From the NCBI GenBank assembly GCA_963702475.1, contig CAVPCT010000003.1:544001-608000 (forward strand): 64,000 nt of DNA, given 5' to 3'. A program made the position numbers and the translations under genes. This DNA is from an uncultured Thermoleophilia bacterium. GTDB taxonomy: Bacteria; Actinomycetota; Thermoleophilia; UBA2241. Of this stretch, positions 9,996-19,880 are shown one piece after another; position 1 is the first letter of the stretch; each line of letters starts with the position of its first letter. The notes beneath the pieces were generated by a model that saw only the letters and a program-made list of their open reading frames with translations, ran no database searches and was not told where the DNA came from.

Positions 9996-10701
9996 GAAGG
10001 TCTCGCCCATCGAAGCCCTGCCGCCGGCCTCCCGCGAGTATGGCAGCATCGGCGAGGTGTCCGCGAAACCGCGCTGGGCGATGGTGGTCGACCAGGAGCG
10101 CTGCATCGGTTGCTGGTCGTGCTGCGTCATCTGCAAGTCCGAGAACGACATCCCGCTCGGCATGTGGTGGAATCGCATCGATACGGTCGGGGCGTCGCTC
10201 GACACGCCGCGCCGCGTGTTCGGCGAGCTGGAGATGCACTGGATGCCGCTCGCCTGCCAGCACTGCGAGAACCCGGCCTGCACCAAGGTGTGCCCCGTGC
10301 AGGCCACGTACCCCCGTGAGGACGGCGTGGTGATGCAGGACTCGCAGCGCTGCATCGGCTGCCGCCTCTGCCTGGTGGCGTGTCCCTACGGCGTGCGCAC
10401 GTTCAACTGGGGCAAGCCCGACCGGCCTGTGGACTTCGACACCGGGATGGTGCCGCCGCGTCCCGTCGGCACCATGGAGAAGTGCACCTTCTGCGTGCAC
10501 CGCCTCTCCGAGGGCCAGCTGCCGTCGTGCGTGTGGTCCTGCCCCGCCCAGGCGCGGATCTTCGGTGATCTCAACGATCCGCAGAGCCGCGTGAGCACGC
10601 TGATCAGGGAGCGCGGCGGCGAGCAGTTGCTGGCCGAGCGCGGCACCGACCCGCGCGTCTTCTATCTGCCGCCGCGCCGCAAGAGGGGGCTGGACACATG
10701 A
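9988..10701 (+). CDS. 4x[4Fe-4S] electron transfer subunit (DmsB/NrfC-like)
   Basis: CIGCWSCCVIC, CQHCENPACTKVCP, CIGCRLCLVACPY, KCTFC...CVWSCP. Confidence 0.93.
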   Translation: MPEKVSPIEALPPASREYGSIGEVSAKPRWAMVVDQERCIGCWSCCVICKSENDIPLGMWWNRIDTVGASLDTPRRVFGELEMHWMPLACQHCENPACTKVCPVQATYPREDGVVMQDSQRCIGCRLCLVACPYGVRTFNWGKPDRPVDFDTGMVPPRPVGTMEKCTFCVHRLSEGQLPSCVWSCPAQARIFGDLNDPQSRVSTLIRERGGEQLLAERGTDPRVFYLPPRRKRGLDT

Positions 10702-12050
10702 GCGCAGCCACGACATCCGCGACTCCGGCCGCCCGGCGCCCGTCCCTGAAGACCGTCGACCGCCGCCTGGCGCTGTGGCTGGCGGCCCTGCTGGCCGGCC
10801 TCGTCCTCGGTCTGGGCGCGTGGGCCTATCAGCTGAGCAACGGCCTGGCCGTGACCAACATGCGCAACCCCATGATGTGGGGCTTGTACATCACGCTCTT
10901 CATGTACTTCGTGGGCCTCTCGGCCGGCGGGCTCATCGTCGCCTCCGCCGGCCGGCTGTTCGGGGCCACGCGCCTCAAGCCCATCGTGCGCGTGGCCGTG
11001 CTCGAGGCCGCGGTGGCGGTGCTGATCGCGGCCCTGCTGCTGCTCCCCGACATCGGGCGCCCCGACCGCGTCCTCAACCTGCTGCTGCACGCCCACGCCA
11101 CCTCGCCGCTCATCTGGGACTTTGCCATCGTGACCGTGTACTTCCTGCTCTCGGCGACCTACGTGTGGGTCTACACGCGCGCCGATCTCGCGCGTCGCGG
11201 CAGTTTCATCGCGCTCGGCACCGGCCTCTCCGGGAAAGCCTTGCGCCGCGACGACCTCGCCAAGGGCGTGCTCGCGGCGGTGGGCCTTCCGGCGGCGATC
11301 CTGCTGCACTCCATCACCTCGTGGATCTTCGGCCTGCAGATCGCCCGCGGCTTCTGGTACTCGGCCATCATGGCGCCACTGTTCATCGCCTCGGCACTGG
11401 TCTCCGGCACCGGTCTCATGATCCTGCTCTCGCTCGTGATGCGGCGCCTGGGCAGGGTCGAGTTCAAGGACCGGCTGGTGGCGTACCTGGGCGGCATGCT
11501 GGCGGTGTTCGTGGCTGTCGAGGCGTTCCTGGTGTTCTCGGAGATGCTCACGGCGGCGTACCCGGGTGCCGCCTACGAGGCCGACCCGGCGCGCCGCCTG
11601 CTGTACGGGCCCTACGCGCCGTTCTTCTGGTTCGAAGTGCTGGTCGGCCTGGCCGTGCCGTTCGTGCTGCTGGTCGTGCCTCGCTGGCGGCGGCGTTTGC
11701 CCGTCGTCGCGGTGGCCTCCGTGCTGGCGGTGGTGGGGATCCTGATCCACCGCCTGAACATCGTGCTCAACGGGCTCTCGTACGCGACCGTGCCGTACCC
11801 GCCCGGGGTCTCCATCGGCACCTCGCAGCCGCAGGGCGTGACTTCGTTCGCCCTGCACCTGTTCTACCGTCCGAGCCTCATCGAGTACCTGGTGGCGCTC
11901 GGGGTGCTGTGCTTCGGCGCCCTCGTGTTCACGCTGGCGGCGTGGATCCTGCCGCTGCGGGAGAAGGTGCCGGATCATGGAGAGGACGAGACGACCGAAG
12001 CGCAGGACGGTCCCCTGAAGGCCGCTCGCCTCGACCCGGAGGGCGGTTGA
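10698..12050 (+). CDS. NrfD/PsrC-family membrane anchor
   Basis: WGLYITLFMYFVGLSAGG, DIGRPDR, SPLIWD; multiple TM helices. Confidence 0.9.
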   Translation: MSAATTSATPAARRPSLKTVDRRLALWLAALLAGLVLGLGAWAYQLSNGLAVTNMRNPMMWGLYITLFMYFVGLSAGGLIVASAGRLFGATRLKPIVRVAVLEAAVAVLIAALLLLPDIGRPDRVLNLLLHAHATSPLIWDFAIVTVYFLLSATYVWVYTRADLARRGSFIALGTGLSGKALRRDDLAKGVLAAVGLPAAILLHSITSWIFGLQIARGFWYSAIMAPLFIASALVSGTGLMILLSLVMRRLGRVEFKDRLVAYLGGMLAVFVAVEAFLVFSEMLTAAYPGAAYEADPARRLLYGPYAPFFWFEVLVGLAVPFVLLVVPRWRRRLPVVAVASVLAVVGILIHRLNIVLNGLSYATVPYPPGVSIGTSQPQGVTSFALHLFYRPSLIEYLVALGVLCFGALVFTLAAWILPLREKVPDHGEDETTEAQDGPLKAARLDPEGG

Positions 12051-12093
12051 TGGCCAGCCTGCTGTCACCCCCGCGGACACGGCGTAGACTGAC

Positions 12094-12549
12094 GTGGTGC
12101 GACTCGAGCTGACGAAGCGCGGCGATTACGCCATCCGGGCGATGCTCGCCCTCGCCTGCGGCGGGGGCGAGCGGATGCTCAGCGCCCCGCGCATCGCCGA
12201 GGAGATGGTGATGCCACCGCGCTTTCTGCCGCAGGTGATGGGCGACCTCGTGCGCGCGGAGCTGGTGACGAGCGAACCGGGCCGGGCAGGAGGCTATCGC
12301 CTTGCCCGGCCCGCCTCCGCCATCAGTCTGCTGGCCATCATCGAGGCCATCGAGGGCGACAGCCGCCGCCAGACGTGCGTACTGCGCGGCGGCCCGTGCT
12401 CCGCCGGCGGCGTCTGCGCCGTGCACGCCGCCTTCTTCGCCGCGCAAGACGCGCTTCTCGCCGAGCTGGACGGCGTCTCGCTGGCCGACGTCAGCGGACC
12501 CGGGCCTGACTGCCGCCTGCCGGTCGAGCAGCAGGCCGCTCGCGCCTGA
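12094..12549 (+). CDS. Rrf2 family transcriptional regulator (IscR/NsrR-like, Fe-S binding)
   Basis: KRGDYAIRAM, GRAGGYRLARPASAISL, C-x6-C-x5-C-x2-H motif. Confidence 0.9.
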   Translation: MVRLELTKRGDYAIRAMLALACGGGERMLSAPRIAEEMVMPPRFLPQVMGDLVRAELVTSEPGRAGGYRLARPASAISLLAIIEAIEGDSRRQTCVLRGGPCSAGGVCAVHAAFFAAQDALLAELDGVSLADVSGPGPDCRLPVEQQAARA

Positions 12550-12639
12550 AGACCCGGCCCGGCGCTGGAGTGCCGGTCTGATCGACCGGGACCGTCGGTG
12601 CCGGGTGCGTTCCGCGGGGTCCGGCCCGCGGGACGAGAG

Positions 12640-12667
12640 GGGGGCGGGGCCACGTGGCCCCGCCCCC
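12640..12667. terminator. Hairpin between convergent operons
   Basis: gggggcggggcca-cg-tggccccgccccc inverted repeat. Confidence 0.55.
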
Positions 12668-12741
12668 TTCTCGCGTCTGCGTCTGCGTCTGCCAGCCCGT
12701 CCCGGCGCCCTTCCCTCAGGGGCGGCTCACGCCGCCGTGCC

Positions 12742-13575
12742 TCACGCCTTCCAGACCGCGATGTCGCCGACGTTGATGTCGGCGGTGGCGTCCACCGGCC
12801 CCATCTTCACCGGCAGGTAGCCGGCCTTCTCGATGAGCAGCGTGTACGTGCCCGGCTCCAGGTCGCGCAGCCAGAAATCGCCGTAGCTGTCGGTCGTGTC
12901 GGAGCAACTGGCGCCGCTCGTCGTGCTGGTCGCCGTGACCGTCGCGCCCTCGGTGCACTCGTCGGCCTCGCTGTCGTACACCGCGCCGGCGATGAACGGC
13001 CTCGGCAGGCCCTTGTAGAACACGCGCGGCTTGACGTCCTCGTGACCGGCCTTGAGCACGGCCTCGGCTTTGGCGATGAGCGCCACGATCTGCGGGTCGT
13101 CCTCGTCGCCGAACGCGAAGGCGCCCGTCGGACACGCGTCCACGCAGCGCGGCTCGGTCCAGCCGTCGTCCAGCAGGTGCGCGCAGAAGGTGCACTTCTG
13201 GGCGATGTTGAGCGAGTCGTTGAAGTAGATGACGTCCTCGTAGGGGCACGCCTCCAGGCAGAGCTGGTTACCGCGGCACTTGTCCGGGTCGATGATCACG
13301 GCCCCGTCGTCGCGCTTGTAGATGGCGTCGGCGTTGCAGGCCGGGATGCACGGGGCCTCGTCGCAGTGCTGGCAGATGCTGTGCGTGTAGGTGACCTTCA
13401 CCTTCGGCACCTGGCCGCGCACCATGTCGGTGATCTTGTTCCAGAACTGGCCGGTGTCGGGCTGCGGCTTGGCGATGGGCGACCAGTCGTTGGCCACGTG
13501 CTCGTCCTTGCAGGCCACCTGGCAGTTGTAGCAGCCGTTGCAGATGTCGTAGTCGATGACGAGGACCTTGCCCAT
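12742..13575 (-). CDS. Transhydroxylase small-subunit-like Fe-S protein (BthL-like) with C-terminal beta-sandwich
   Basis: CNGCYNCQVACKDEH, CQHCDEAPCIPAC, KCTFCAHLLDDGW, KPRVFYKGL, TDSYGDFWLRDLEPGTYTL; start overlaps upstream stop (TGATG). Confidence 0.88.
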   Translation of the reverse strand: MGKVLVIDYDICNGCYNCQVACKDEHVANDWSPIAKPQPDTGQFWNKITDMVRGQVPKVKVTYTHSICQHCDEAPCIPACNADAIYKRDDGAVIIDPDKCRGNQLCLEACPYEDVIYFNDSLNIAQKCTFCAHLLDDGWTEPRCVDACPTGAFAFGDEDDPQIVALIAKAEAVLKAGHEDVKPRVFYKGLPRPFIAGAVYDSEADECTEGATVTATSTTSGASCSDTTDSYGDFWLRDLEPGTYTLLIEKAGYLPVKMGPVDATADINVGDIAVWKA

Positions 13576-16175
13576 CACGCCCTCCCCCAGATGCAGGCTT
13601 CCAATCCGGGCCCGGCACACGGGTGGAACGGCTTCTCGAACGCTTCCGGATACTTGGCCTTGAGTGCTGCCATGTCGGTCTTCTCGATGTCCACGAGGAA
13701 GCCGCTGACGGCGTGGCCGACGGCGTTCTTCGAGGTGGTGTGCCGCGGGACGATGGTGTTGATGGCGCCGCCGCGGTCGAGCTCGCCGGGGACGATGGGG
13801 TCCCACTTGGCGCCGTGGTCGATGTACACGACGTCGGGCATGATGCGCTCGGTCACGTAGGCGCCGGAGAGCACGGCGCCGCGGTCGTTGAAGATCGTGA
13901 CCACGTCGCCGTCCTTGATGCCGTAGCGCTCTGCCGTGGACGGGTGCAGCCAGATGGGATGGTACTGGTAGCCGTCCGGACCGGTGACCTTGCCGGTGTT
14001 GGGGATCTCACGCAGCCAGGTGATGTCCTCGTGCTGCGAATGCACGCTCCAGCGTGGGTGGTTGGAGACCACGAGCAGCGGATACTTCTTGCTGCGCTCC
14101 GTCTCCAGCGTCTCCTCGTGACTGATGCCGCTGGCGACCCACTTGGGCACCGGCGGCCGCTCGAGGTCGTCGGGGAAGTTTTCCGTAAGGCCCTGCGCCT
14201 CGAACTCGAGCTTGCCGGTGGGCGTGGTGAGCGGGTACTTCTCGGGGTCCTTGTAGAAGTTGTAGAACCCGGCCGGCACGTCCTCCCAGCCGTTGTCCGT
14301 GGGGACCGCGTAGTAGCCCTTCTCGTTGAGCTCCTCCCAGGTGATGAGGTCCTCGCAGCGCGAGGTCTCGTACCCGTACTTGATGAGCTCGGGGATGGTC
14401 TTGCCGCCGGTGTACTCCTCCTTGAGGCCGAGGCGCTCGCTGAGCATGACGGCGATCTCGTAGTCGCTGAAGCTCTCGCCCAGCGGCTCGATGCACTTGT
14501 GCTCGGGAAAGAGGAGGTTGTACTGCCCGCTGAAGATGTCGCCGGCGATATCGTCCTCTTCGAGCTTGGTGTTCACGGGGAGGATGATGTCGGCCAGCAG
14601 GCAGTCGTTCTCCAGCCACGGGTGCTGCGCGAACATGAACTCGATGTCCGGGTGGCGCATGGCGTTCACGTAGTCGTTGCCCGAGTTCCAGCAGGTGATC
14701 CAGCTCGGCGAGTCGGTCCACACCATGTGGACCTTGCTGCAGCCGTCGGCCGGGTACTTGTAGTGCACGAACTGGTTGACGCGGTCGGCGGTCTCGGACT
14801 CGCAGCCGTACCAGTCGCACTCGCCCTCGAGGATGGCCTTGGGGATGTACGTCTTGGGGATGAACGACGGGTGGTTGCTCTCGTCCGGGTGGCCGCCGGT
14901 GTAGGCCTTGCGCAGGTACGGCACGCGCAGCGGCTTGGGCTGGGCGTACTGGTCCGGCTTGTCGAACAGGCCCCATTCGATCATCTTGGCCTGGTTCTGA
15001 CCGGGCTTGCCCAGGCCCTGCATGGCCAGGCAGATGCCCTGCAGGCGCGCCGGCTCGGTGGCGTAGGGGCCGCGGATGCCGGGCCCGCCGTTGCCGATGA
15101 CGACCGTGGTGCGCTTGCTCGCCCACTCGTCGGCGAGGGCCTTGATGACGCGCGCCTTGACGCCGCAGATGGGCTCCGCCCACTCCGGTGACTTCTCCAC
15201 GCCGTCCTCGTCGCCCATCACGTAGGCCTCGAACTTGTCGACGCCCACGGCGTGGGTGTCGAGGTACTCCTTGTCGTAGGTGCCCTGCTTGAACCAGCGG
15301 TGGCAGATCGCCAGGTACAGCGCGGCGTCCGTGTTGGGGAGCACCGGGATCCAGCGGTCGGCGTGCACGGCGGCGGCGTAGTTGAGGTCGGGGCACACGT
15401 AGATCTGCTTGATGCCGATCTCACTCCACCAGTAGCTCAGGCGGCTCGGGAGCTGGCCCTGCCAGCCCCACGGGGTGGTCTCCTGGTCGCAGCCCCAGAA
15501 CAGCAGCAGCTCGGCGTTCTTGGAGATGTCCCAGAGCAGGTTGCTCTGCTGGCCCTGGCCGACCGGCTCGCAGCCCCAGAAGTGCTTGTTGCCCCACCAC
15601 CAGCCTTCCCAGCTGTCGGGCTGGCGGATCTGGAGGGTGAAGCCGCCCCAGGCGCGCAGCAGCTTACGCCCCGCGCCGTGGCAGGCCTGGACGACCTTGT
15701 TCTCGCCGTGCTGGTCGCACTGGTACAGCAGGGCGGTCGGCCCGTACTTCTCCTTGATGCGCTGCATCTCGCCGGTGATGACGTCCAGGGCCTCGTCCCA
15801 GGAGATGCGCTTGTACTTGCTCACGCCGCGGTTCTGCGGGTTGCGCTCGCCGTTGGGGTCGAAGTCCACGCGCATCATGGGGTAGCGGATGCGCGCGGGC
15901 GAGTAGACGCGCTTCTTGTAGGCGATGCTGTACGGCGGGATCAGGGTCTTCATGCTGGGCTCGAACGTGCTGCCGCGCACCTCGAACTTCCAGGGGTTCA
16001 GATCCGCCTTCTTGTACTTCCAGTCGTAGTGCATGGGGCGGATGCGGATGATCTTGCCGTCCTTGACGTCGACCATCGACGCGTTGGAGCCGTTCTCCGG
16101 GACGCCGCAGAAGCTGATGTCACGGATCAGGGTCTTTTCCCCCGAGGCTCCGGTCCTGCTCATGTCCTCCGCCAT
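13575..16175 (-). CDS. Divergent pyrogallol transhydroxylase-like molybdoenzyme large subunit (paralog 1)
   Basis: FDPNGERNPQNRG, ISWDEA, PDSWEGWWWG (Ser ligand), HPRWSVH; no Tat signal, no FS0 cysteines; GGAGG SD. Confidence 0.88.
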   Translation of the reverse strand: MAEDMSRTGASGEKTLIRDISFCGVPENGSNASMVDVKDGKIIRIRPMHYDWKYKKADLNPWKFEVRGSTFEPSMKTLIPPYSIAYKKRVYSPARIRYPMMRVDFDPNGERNPQNRGVSKYKRISWDEALDVITGEMQRIKEKYGPTALLYQCDQHGENKVVQACHGAGRKLLRAWGGFTLQIRQPDSWEGWWWGNKHFWGCEPVGQGQQSNLLWDISKNAELLLFWGCDQETTPWGWQGQLPSRLSYWWSEIGIKQIYVCPDLNYAAAVHADRWIPVLPNTDAALYLAICHRWFKQGTYDKEYLDTHAVGVDKFEAYVMGDEDGVEKSPEWAEPICGVKARVIKALADEWASKRTTVVIGNGGPGIRGPYATEPARLQGICLAMQGLGKPGQNQAKMIEWGLFDKPDQYAQPKPLRVPYLRKAYTGGHPDESNHPSFIPKTYIPKAILEGECDWYGCESETADRVNQFVHYKYPADGCSKVHMVWTDSPSWITCWNSGNDYVNAMRHPDIEFMFAQHPWLENDCLLADIILPVNTKLEEDDIAGDIFSGQYNLLFPEHKCIEPLGESFSDYEIAVMLSERLGLKEEYTGGKTIPELIKYGYETSRCEDLITWEELNEKGYYAVPTDNGWEDVPAGFYNFYKDPEKYPLTTPTGKLEFEAQGLTENFPDDLERPPVPKWVASGISHEETLETERSKKYPLLVVSNHPRWSVHSQHEDITWLREIPNTGKVTGPDGYQYHPIWLHPSTAERYGIKDGDVVTIFNDRGAVLSGAYVTERIMPDVVYIDHGAKWDPIVPGELDRGGAINTIVPRHTTSKNAVGHAVSGFLVDIEKTDMAALKAKYPEAFEKPFHPCAGPGLEACIWGRA

Positions 16176-16249
16176 ACTGCTACCTCCTGCTCGACGGCTG
16201 AGGAGCCGTGGCGTCGACCGGCCTCCGGCTCCGTGTGACTCCGTGCGCA

Positions 16250-16320
16250 ATTCTCACGATGCGGAACAGCTCGACCGCATCATGGGCACTACTCTCTGCC
16301 CCGGAACGGGGAGTGTCAAG
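16250..16320 (-). promoter_or_regulatory. Promoter with tandem IclR-type operator
   Basis: Minus strand: TTGACA...gcccatgatgcggtc-gagct-gttccgcatcgtgagaa. Confidence 0.65.
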
Positions 16321-16408
16321 TGCCGCGATGCGGGACTCCGGCTACCCTTGAGGATGCCGGCGGGTGACGTTGCGGGGCGGGCGCAGCGCAGCGCCCGAGG
16401 CCCGCGTG

Positions 16409-16927
16409 TCAGTACGCGCGCAGGGTGTCGAGCCGGGCGGCGAGGAAGGCGGCCAACCCGGCGCCGTCCTCGAGGCCGAAGCGGTGCTCGTGCTCCAGGC
16501 CCGAGTCCGTGACCAGGGCGATGGCCTCGCCGGGGGCGCACAGCGGCTCGGCGTGGCCGGCGCCGAGGCGGAACAGCTCCACGCGGTACGGCGCCGTGCG
16601 CTTGTAGCCTTCGGCGACCACGATGTCGAAGTCGCCGAAGTACGTCTTCACGATCTCGGCGAGTCCGAGCTCGCCGTCGAGCTTGGTGATGAACGCCAGG
16701 CGCTCGGGCGAGGAGATGGCGTAGGCACGGGCTCCGGCCTGGCCGTGCCGCCAGGAATCCTTGCCGGGGTGGTCGATCTCGAAGCTGTGCGCGTCGTGCT
16801 TGACGGTGCCGACGCGCAGGTCGAGCTTGACGAGCTCGGGCACGACCTTCTCGATGAGCGTGGTCTTGCCCGAGTCGCTCTTGCCGACGATGGCGACGAG
16901 GGCCGGCTGCTGCGGTGCGTCGTTCAT
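16409..16927 (-). CDS. mobB: Molybdopterin-guanine dinucleotide biosynthesis protein B
   Basis: GKSDSGKTTL, VKHDAHSFEIDHPGKDSWRH, EGYK. Confidence 0.92.
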   Translation of the reverse strand: MNDAPQQPALVAIVGKSDSGKTTLIEKVVPELVKLDLRVGTVKHDAHSFEIDHPGKDSWRHGQAGARAYAISSPERLAFITKLDGELGLAEIVKTYFGDFDIVVAEGYKRTAPYRVELFRLGAGHAEPLCAPGEAIALVTDSGLEHEHRFGLEDGAGLAAFLAARLDTLRAY

Positions 16928-16978
16928 GCGTGTGATGCTATGCGACGACGCGGTCCCGGCGAAACCCGGCCCGGCAGC

Positions 16979-18037
16979 TCACGCCTCGTACACCTCCACC
17001 TCGACCGCCTTCACCGACACGAACACGGGGCCGCCGTCGTCCAGGTGCATCGAGGCGACGGCGCCATGGGTGACCTCGGCGATGATGGGCAGGTCGCCGC
17101 TCACGTGCGCGCGCACGTGGTTGCCGACGACGTCGAGGTCCTCGACGACGCCTCTCCAGACGTTGCGCGGAGAGCCCTCGGGCAGCGAGCGGTGCAGAGC
17201 CACGGCGCGCGGCGGGATCACGGCGAACACTTCACCGCTGAGCGGGAGCGGGTCGGCGGCGATGAGGCGGTGGCCGCCGGTGAGTACGACGGCGCGCTCC
17301 TCGGCGCGGCCGCGGTACAGGTTCATGCCCAGGAGCTCGGCGACATAGCGCGAGCGCGGGTGCGACGAGAGCTCCTCCGGCGTGCCGGTCTGGACCACGC
17401 GCCCGCCCTCCAGCACGACAAGCCGGTCGGCGAGCGTCATGGCCTCGATGGGGTCGTGGGTGATCACGAGGCAGGTGCCCTCGTAGGCGGCAAGGTGACG
17501 GGAGAGCGCCCGCCGCAGGTCGGCGCGGGCGCCGGCGTCCATGGCGGCCAGCGGCTCGTCGAGCAGCAGGAGCCGCGGGTCGGTCGCCAGGGCCCGCGCC
17601 AGGGCGGCGCGCTGTGCCTGACCGCCGGAGAGGGCGCGCGGCTTTGCCGAGGCGCACGCGTCGAGGCCGACGCGCGCCAGCCAGGCCTGTGCGGCGGCGC
17701 GCGCGGCGGGGCGGTTCGCGCCGCGCGACCGCAGGCCGAACGCCACGTTCTCCAGCACCGTCAGGTGCGGGAACAGCAGGTAGTCCTGGAAGACGACGCC
17801 GATCGCGCGCTGCTCGGTGGGCACGTGGACGCCGGCGGCCGGGTCGTCCAGCACGCTTCCATCCAGGACGACCCGGCCGCCGTCCAGCGGGATCAGGCCG
17901 GCGAGCGCCCGCAGCAGCGTTGTCTTGCCGGCCGCGTTGGGACCGAGCAGGGCCACCACCGTCCCGCTCGCCACGGCGAGCTCCACGTCGAGCGCCAGCT
18001 CACCTTTGCGCAGCGCGACGGCCGCTTCCAGGCTCAC
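16979..18037 (-). CDS. modC: Molybdate ABC transporter ATPase with TOBE domain
   Basis: GPNAAGKT, LSGGQAQR, LLLLDEP; C-terminal TOBE; adjacent to modAB. Confidence 0.88.
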   Translation of the reverse strand: MSLEAAVALRKGELALDVELAVASGTVVALLGPNAAGKTTLLRALAGLIPLDGGRVVLDGSVLDDPAAGVHVPTEQRAIGVVFQDYLLFPHLTVLENVAFGLRSRGANRPAARAAAQAWLARVGLDACASAKPRALSGGQAQRAALARALATDPRLLLLDEPLAAMDAGARADLRRALSRHLAAYEGTCLVITHDPIEAMTLADRLVVLEGGRVVQTGTPEELSSHPRSRYVAELLGMNLYRGRAEERAVVLTGGHRLIAADPLPLSGEVFAVIPPRAVALHRSLPEGSPRNVWRGVVEDLDVVGNHVRAHVSGDLPIIAEVTHGAVASMHLDDGGPVFVSVKAVEVEVYEA

Positions 18038-18059
18038 GCGCTCGCCTCCGCCGGCCGGC

Positions 18060-18998
18060 TCATCTGCTCGGGAACCACCGGCCGCGAAGGGCGACCAGTA
18101 CCGTGAGGCAGATGGCCAGCATGACCAGGCTCAGGGCGATGGCCGAGTCGGGGTCGTTCTGCAGTGCGAGATAGACCGCCAGAGGCATGGTCTGCGTGCT
18201 GCCCGGCAGGTTGCCGGCGAAGGTGATGGTGGCGCCGAACTCGCCGAGGGCGCGGGCCCAGCCCAGCGCGGCGCCGGCGCCCAGCGCCGGCGCGATCAGC
18301 GGCAGGGTCACGCGCCGGAACACAGTCCAGCGTCCGGCGCCAAGTGTGGCCGCCGCGTCCTCGTAGCGCCGATCCATGGCGCGGATGCCGGCCTCCACGG
18401 TGATGATCACGAACGGCATGGCGACGAAGGCCTCGGCGACGATGACGCCGGCCGTTGTGAACGGGAGCGTGAGCCCGAAGGCGTGGTCGAGCACCTGACC
18501 CGCCACGCCGTTGCGCCCGAAGGCGAGCAGCAGCGCCACCCCGCCCACCACCGGCGGCAGCACCATGGGGAGCAGTACGACAGCCCGCACGAGGTTGCGG
18601 CCACGGAACGGTACGCGTGCGAGCAGCCAGGCGAGCGGGACACCGAGCACGAGTGATACGGCGAGGGCCCCGAAGGAGCAGACGAGTGACAGTCTGAGCG
18701 CGGTGAGCACGCCCGGCGCGCCGAGGTCCGAGAGCAGGTGGGGCCAGGGGGCGCGGATCACGAGGGCGGCCAGCGGCAGAGCCAGGAAGGCGACGGCGAG
18801 CACGGCGAGCGGTACGAAGCCGAATGGTGCGCCGGCGCCGCGGCGGGCCGGCGCCTCCGAGCCTCTGCGCTTCCGGCCCCGCGCCCACGGCGACGGCGCT
18901 CCGGCCGGCACGAGCGCGTCACCGGTCACCACGGCGAGGTTCGCCGCGGCCTCCCGCGTGCGCCCTCCCCCCTCGGTCATGTCTGCGCGCTCGTCCAT
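18060..18998 (-). CDS. modB: Molybdate ABC transporter permease
   Basis: LPMVLPPVVGG, ARALGEFGATITFAGN; start uncertain. Confidence 0.92.
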   Translation of the reverse strand: MDERADMTEGGGRTREAAANLAVVTGDALVPAGAPSPWARGRKRRGSEAPARRGAGAPFGFVPLAVLAVAFLALPLAALVIRAPWPHLLSDLGAPGVLTALRLSLVCSFGALAVSLVLGVPLAWLLARVPFRGRNLVRAVVLLPMVLPPVVGGVALLLAFGRNGVAGQVLDHAFGLTLPFTTAGVIVAEAFVAMPFVIITVEAGIRAMDRRYEDAAATLGAGRWTVFRRVTLPLIAPALGAGAALGWARALGEFGATITFAGNLPGSTQTMPLAVYLALQNDPDSAIALSLVMLAICLTVLVALRGRWFPSR

Positions 18999-19017
18999 GG
19001 TGCCCGGCGCCCTCAGC

Positions 19018-19872
19018 TCACTCCGCTGCCCCGAAGCCGAAGCGGCGGAGCGTCTGCTGCCCGGCGTCCGAGAGCACGTACTTGACGAACTGGTCGGCCA
19101 TGAACGTGGAGCCGGCCTCCTTCAGCGTCGCGATGGGGTAGGTGGCCGTGACGTTCTGGTCGCTGGGGATGGTCACCCCGCCGACCTCGCCGCCGGCGGC
19201 CCGCACGTCGCTCACGTAGACGATGCCCGCGTCGGCCTCACCGAGCGCTACCTTGGCGACCACGCCCTTGACGTTCTCCTCGAGCGACACCGGTTTCACC
19301 TTCACGCCCGCGCGCGCGAGGACGTCCGCGGAGTACCTGCCGGCGGGGACCTCGGGCGCGGCCAGGACGACCTTGAGGTCAGGGTCGGCCAGCGAAGCGA
19401 GGCCGGTGACGCCGAGCGGGTTCTCGGGCGCGACGGCGACGGCGAGCTCGTTGGTCGCGAACACCTGAGGAGTGGTCGTGTCGCCGCTGACCCTCTCCAT
19501 GGTCGACGTGTCGGCGGTGGCGAGCACATCGGCCGGCGCCCCTTGTCCGATCTGGGCCACCAGGTCCTGGCTCCCGGCGAAGTCGAACACGACCTTCACG
19601 CCGGGGTGGTCCTGCTCGAAGTCGGCGCCGATCTCGGTGAACGCCTCGCTCAGCGACGCCGCCGCGAGGACGTGCAGCGTGGTCGCATCGTCCCCGGACG
19701 AACCGCCGCAGGCAGCAGAACCCAGCAGGCTCGCGACGGCGAGGGCGAGGAACGCCGCGAAGGCAAGCCTGCGTGCGAGACAGGCGAGAGGTGGTGGCTG
19801 AGCCACCGGCCCGGCCGCCCGCGGCGGTCCTGCCCCGGCGGCCCGACCCGGCGGGGTCGAGCGACGAGTCAT
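19018..19872 (-). CDS. modA: Molybdate ABC transporter substrate-binding lipoprotein
   Basis: Lipobox SAAC, AAASL, FAGSQDL, VPAGRY, GIVYVSD. Confidence 0.9.
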   Translation of the reverse strand: MTRRSTPPGRAAGAGPPRAAGPVAQPPPLACLARRLAFAAFLALAVASLLGSAACGGSSGDDATTLHVLAAASLSEAFTEIGADFEQDHPGVKVVFDFAGSQDLVAQIGQGAPADVLATADTSTMERVSGDTTTPQVFATNELAVAVAPENPLGVTGLASLADPDLKVVLAAPEVPAGRYSADVLARAGVKVKPVSLEENVKGVVAKVALGEADAGIVYVSDVRAAGGEVGGVTIPSDQNVTATYPIATLKEAGSTFMADQFVKYVLSDAGQQTLRRFGFGAAE

Positions 19873-19880
19873 GTCCCTCG

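Noticed and set aside
12674-12692. Short tandem repeat (gcgtct)x3
   Set aside because: Too short and intergenic, with no sign of phase variation or CRISPR structure.
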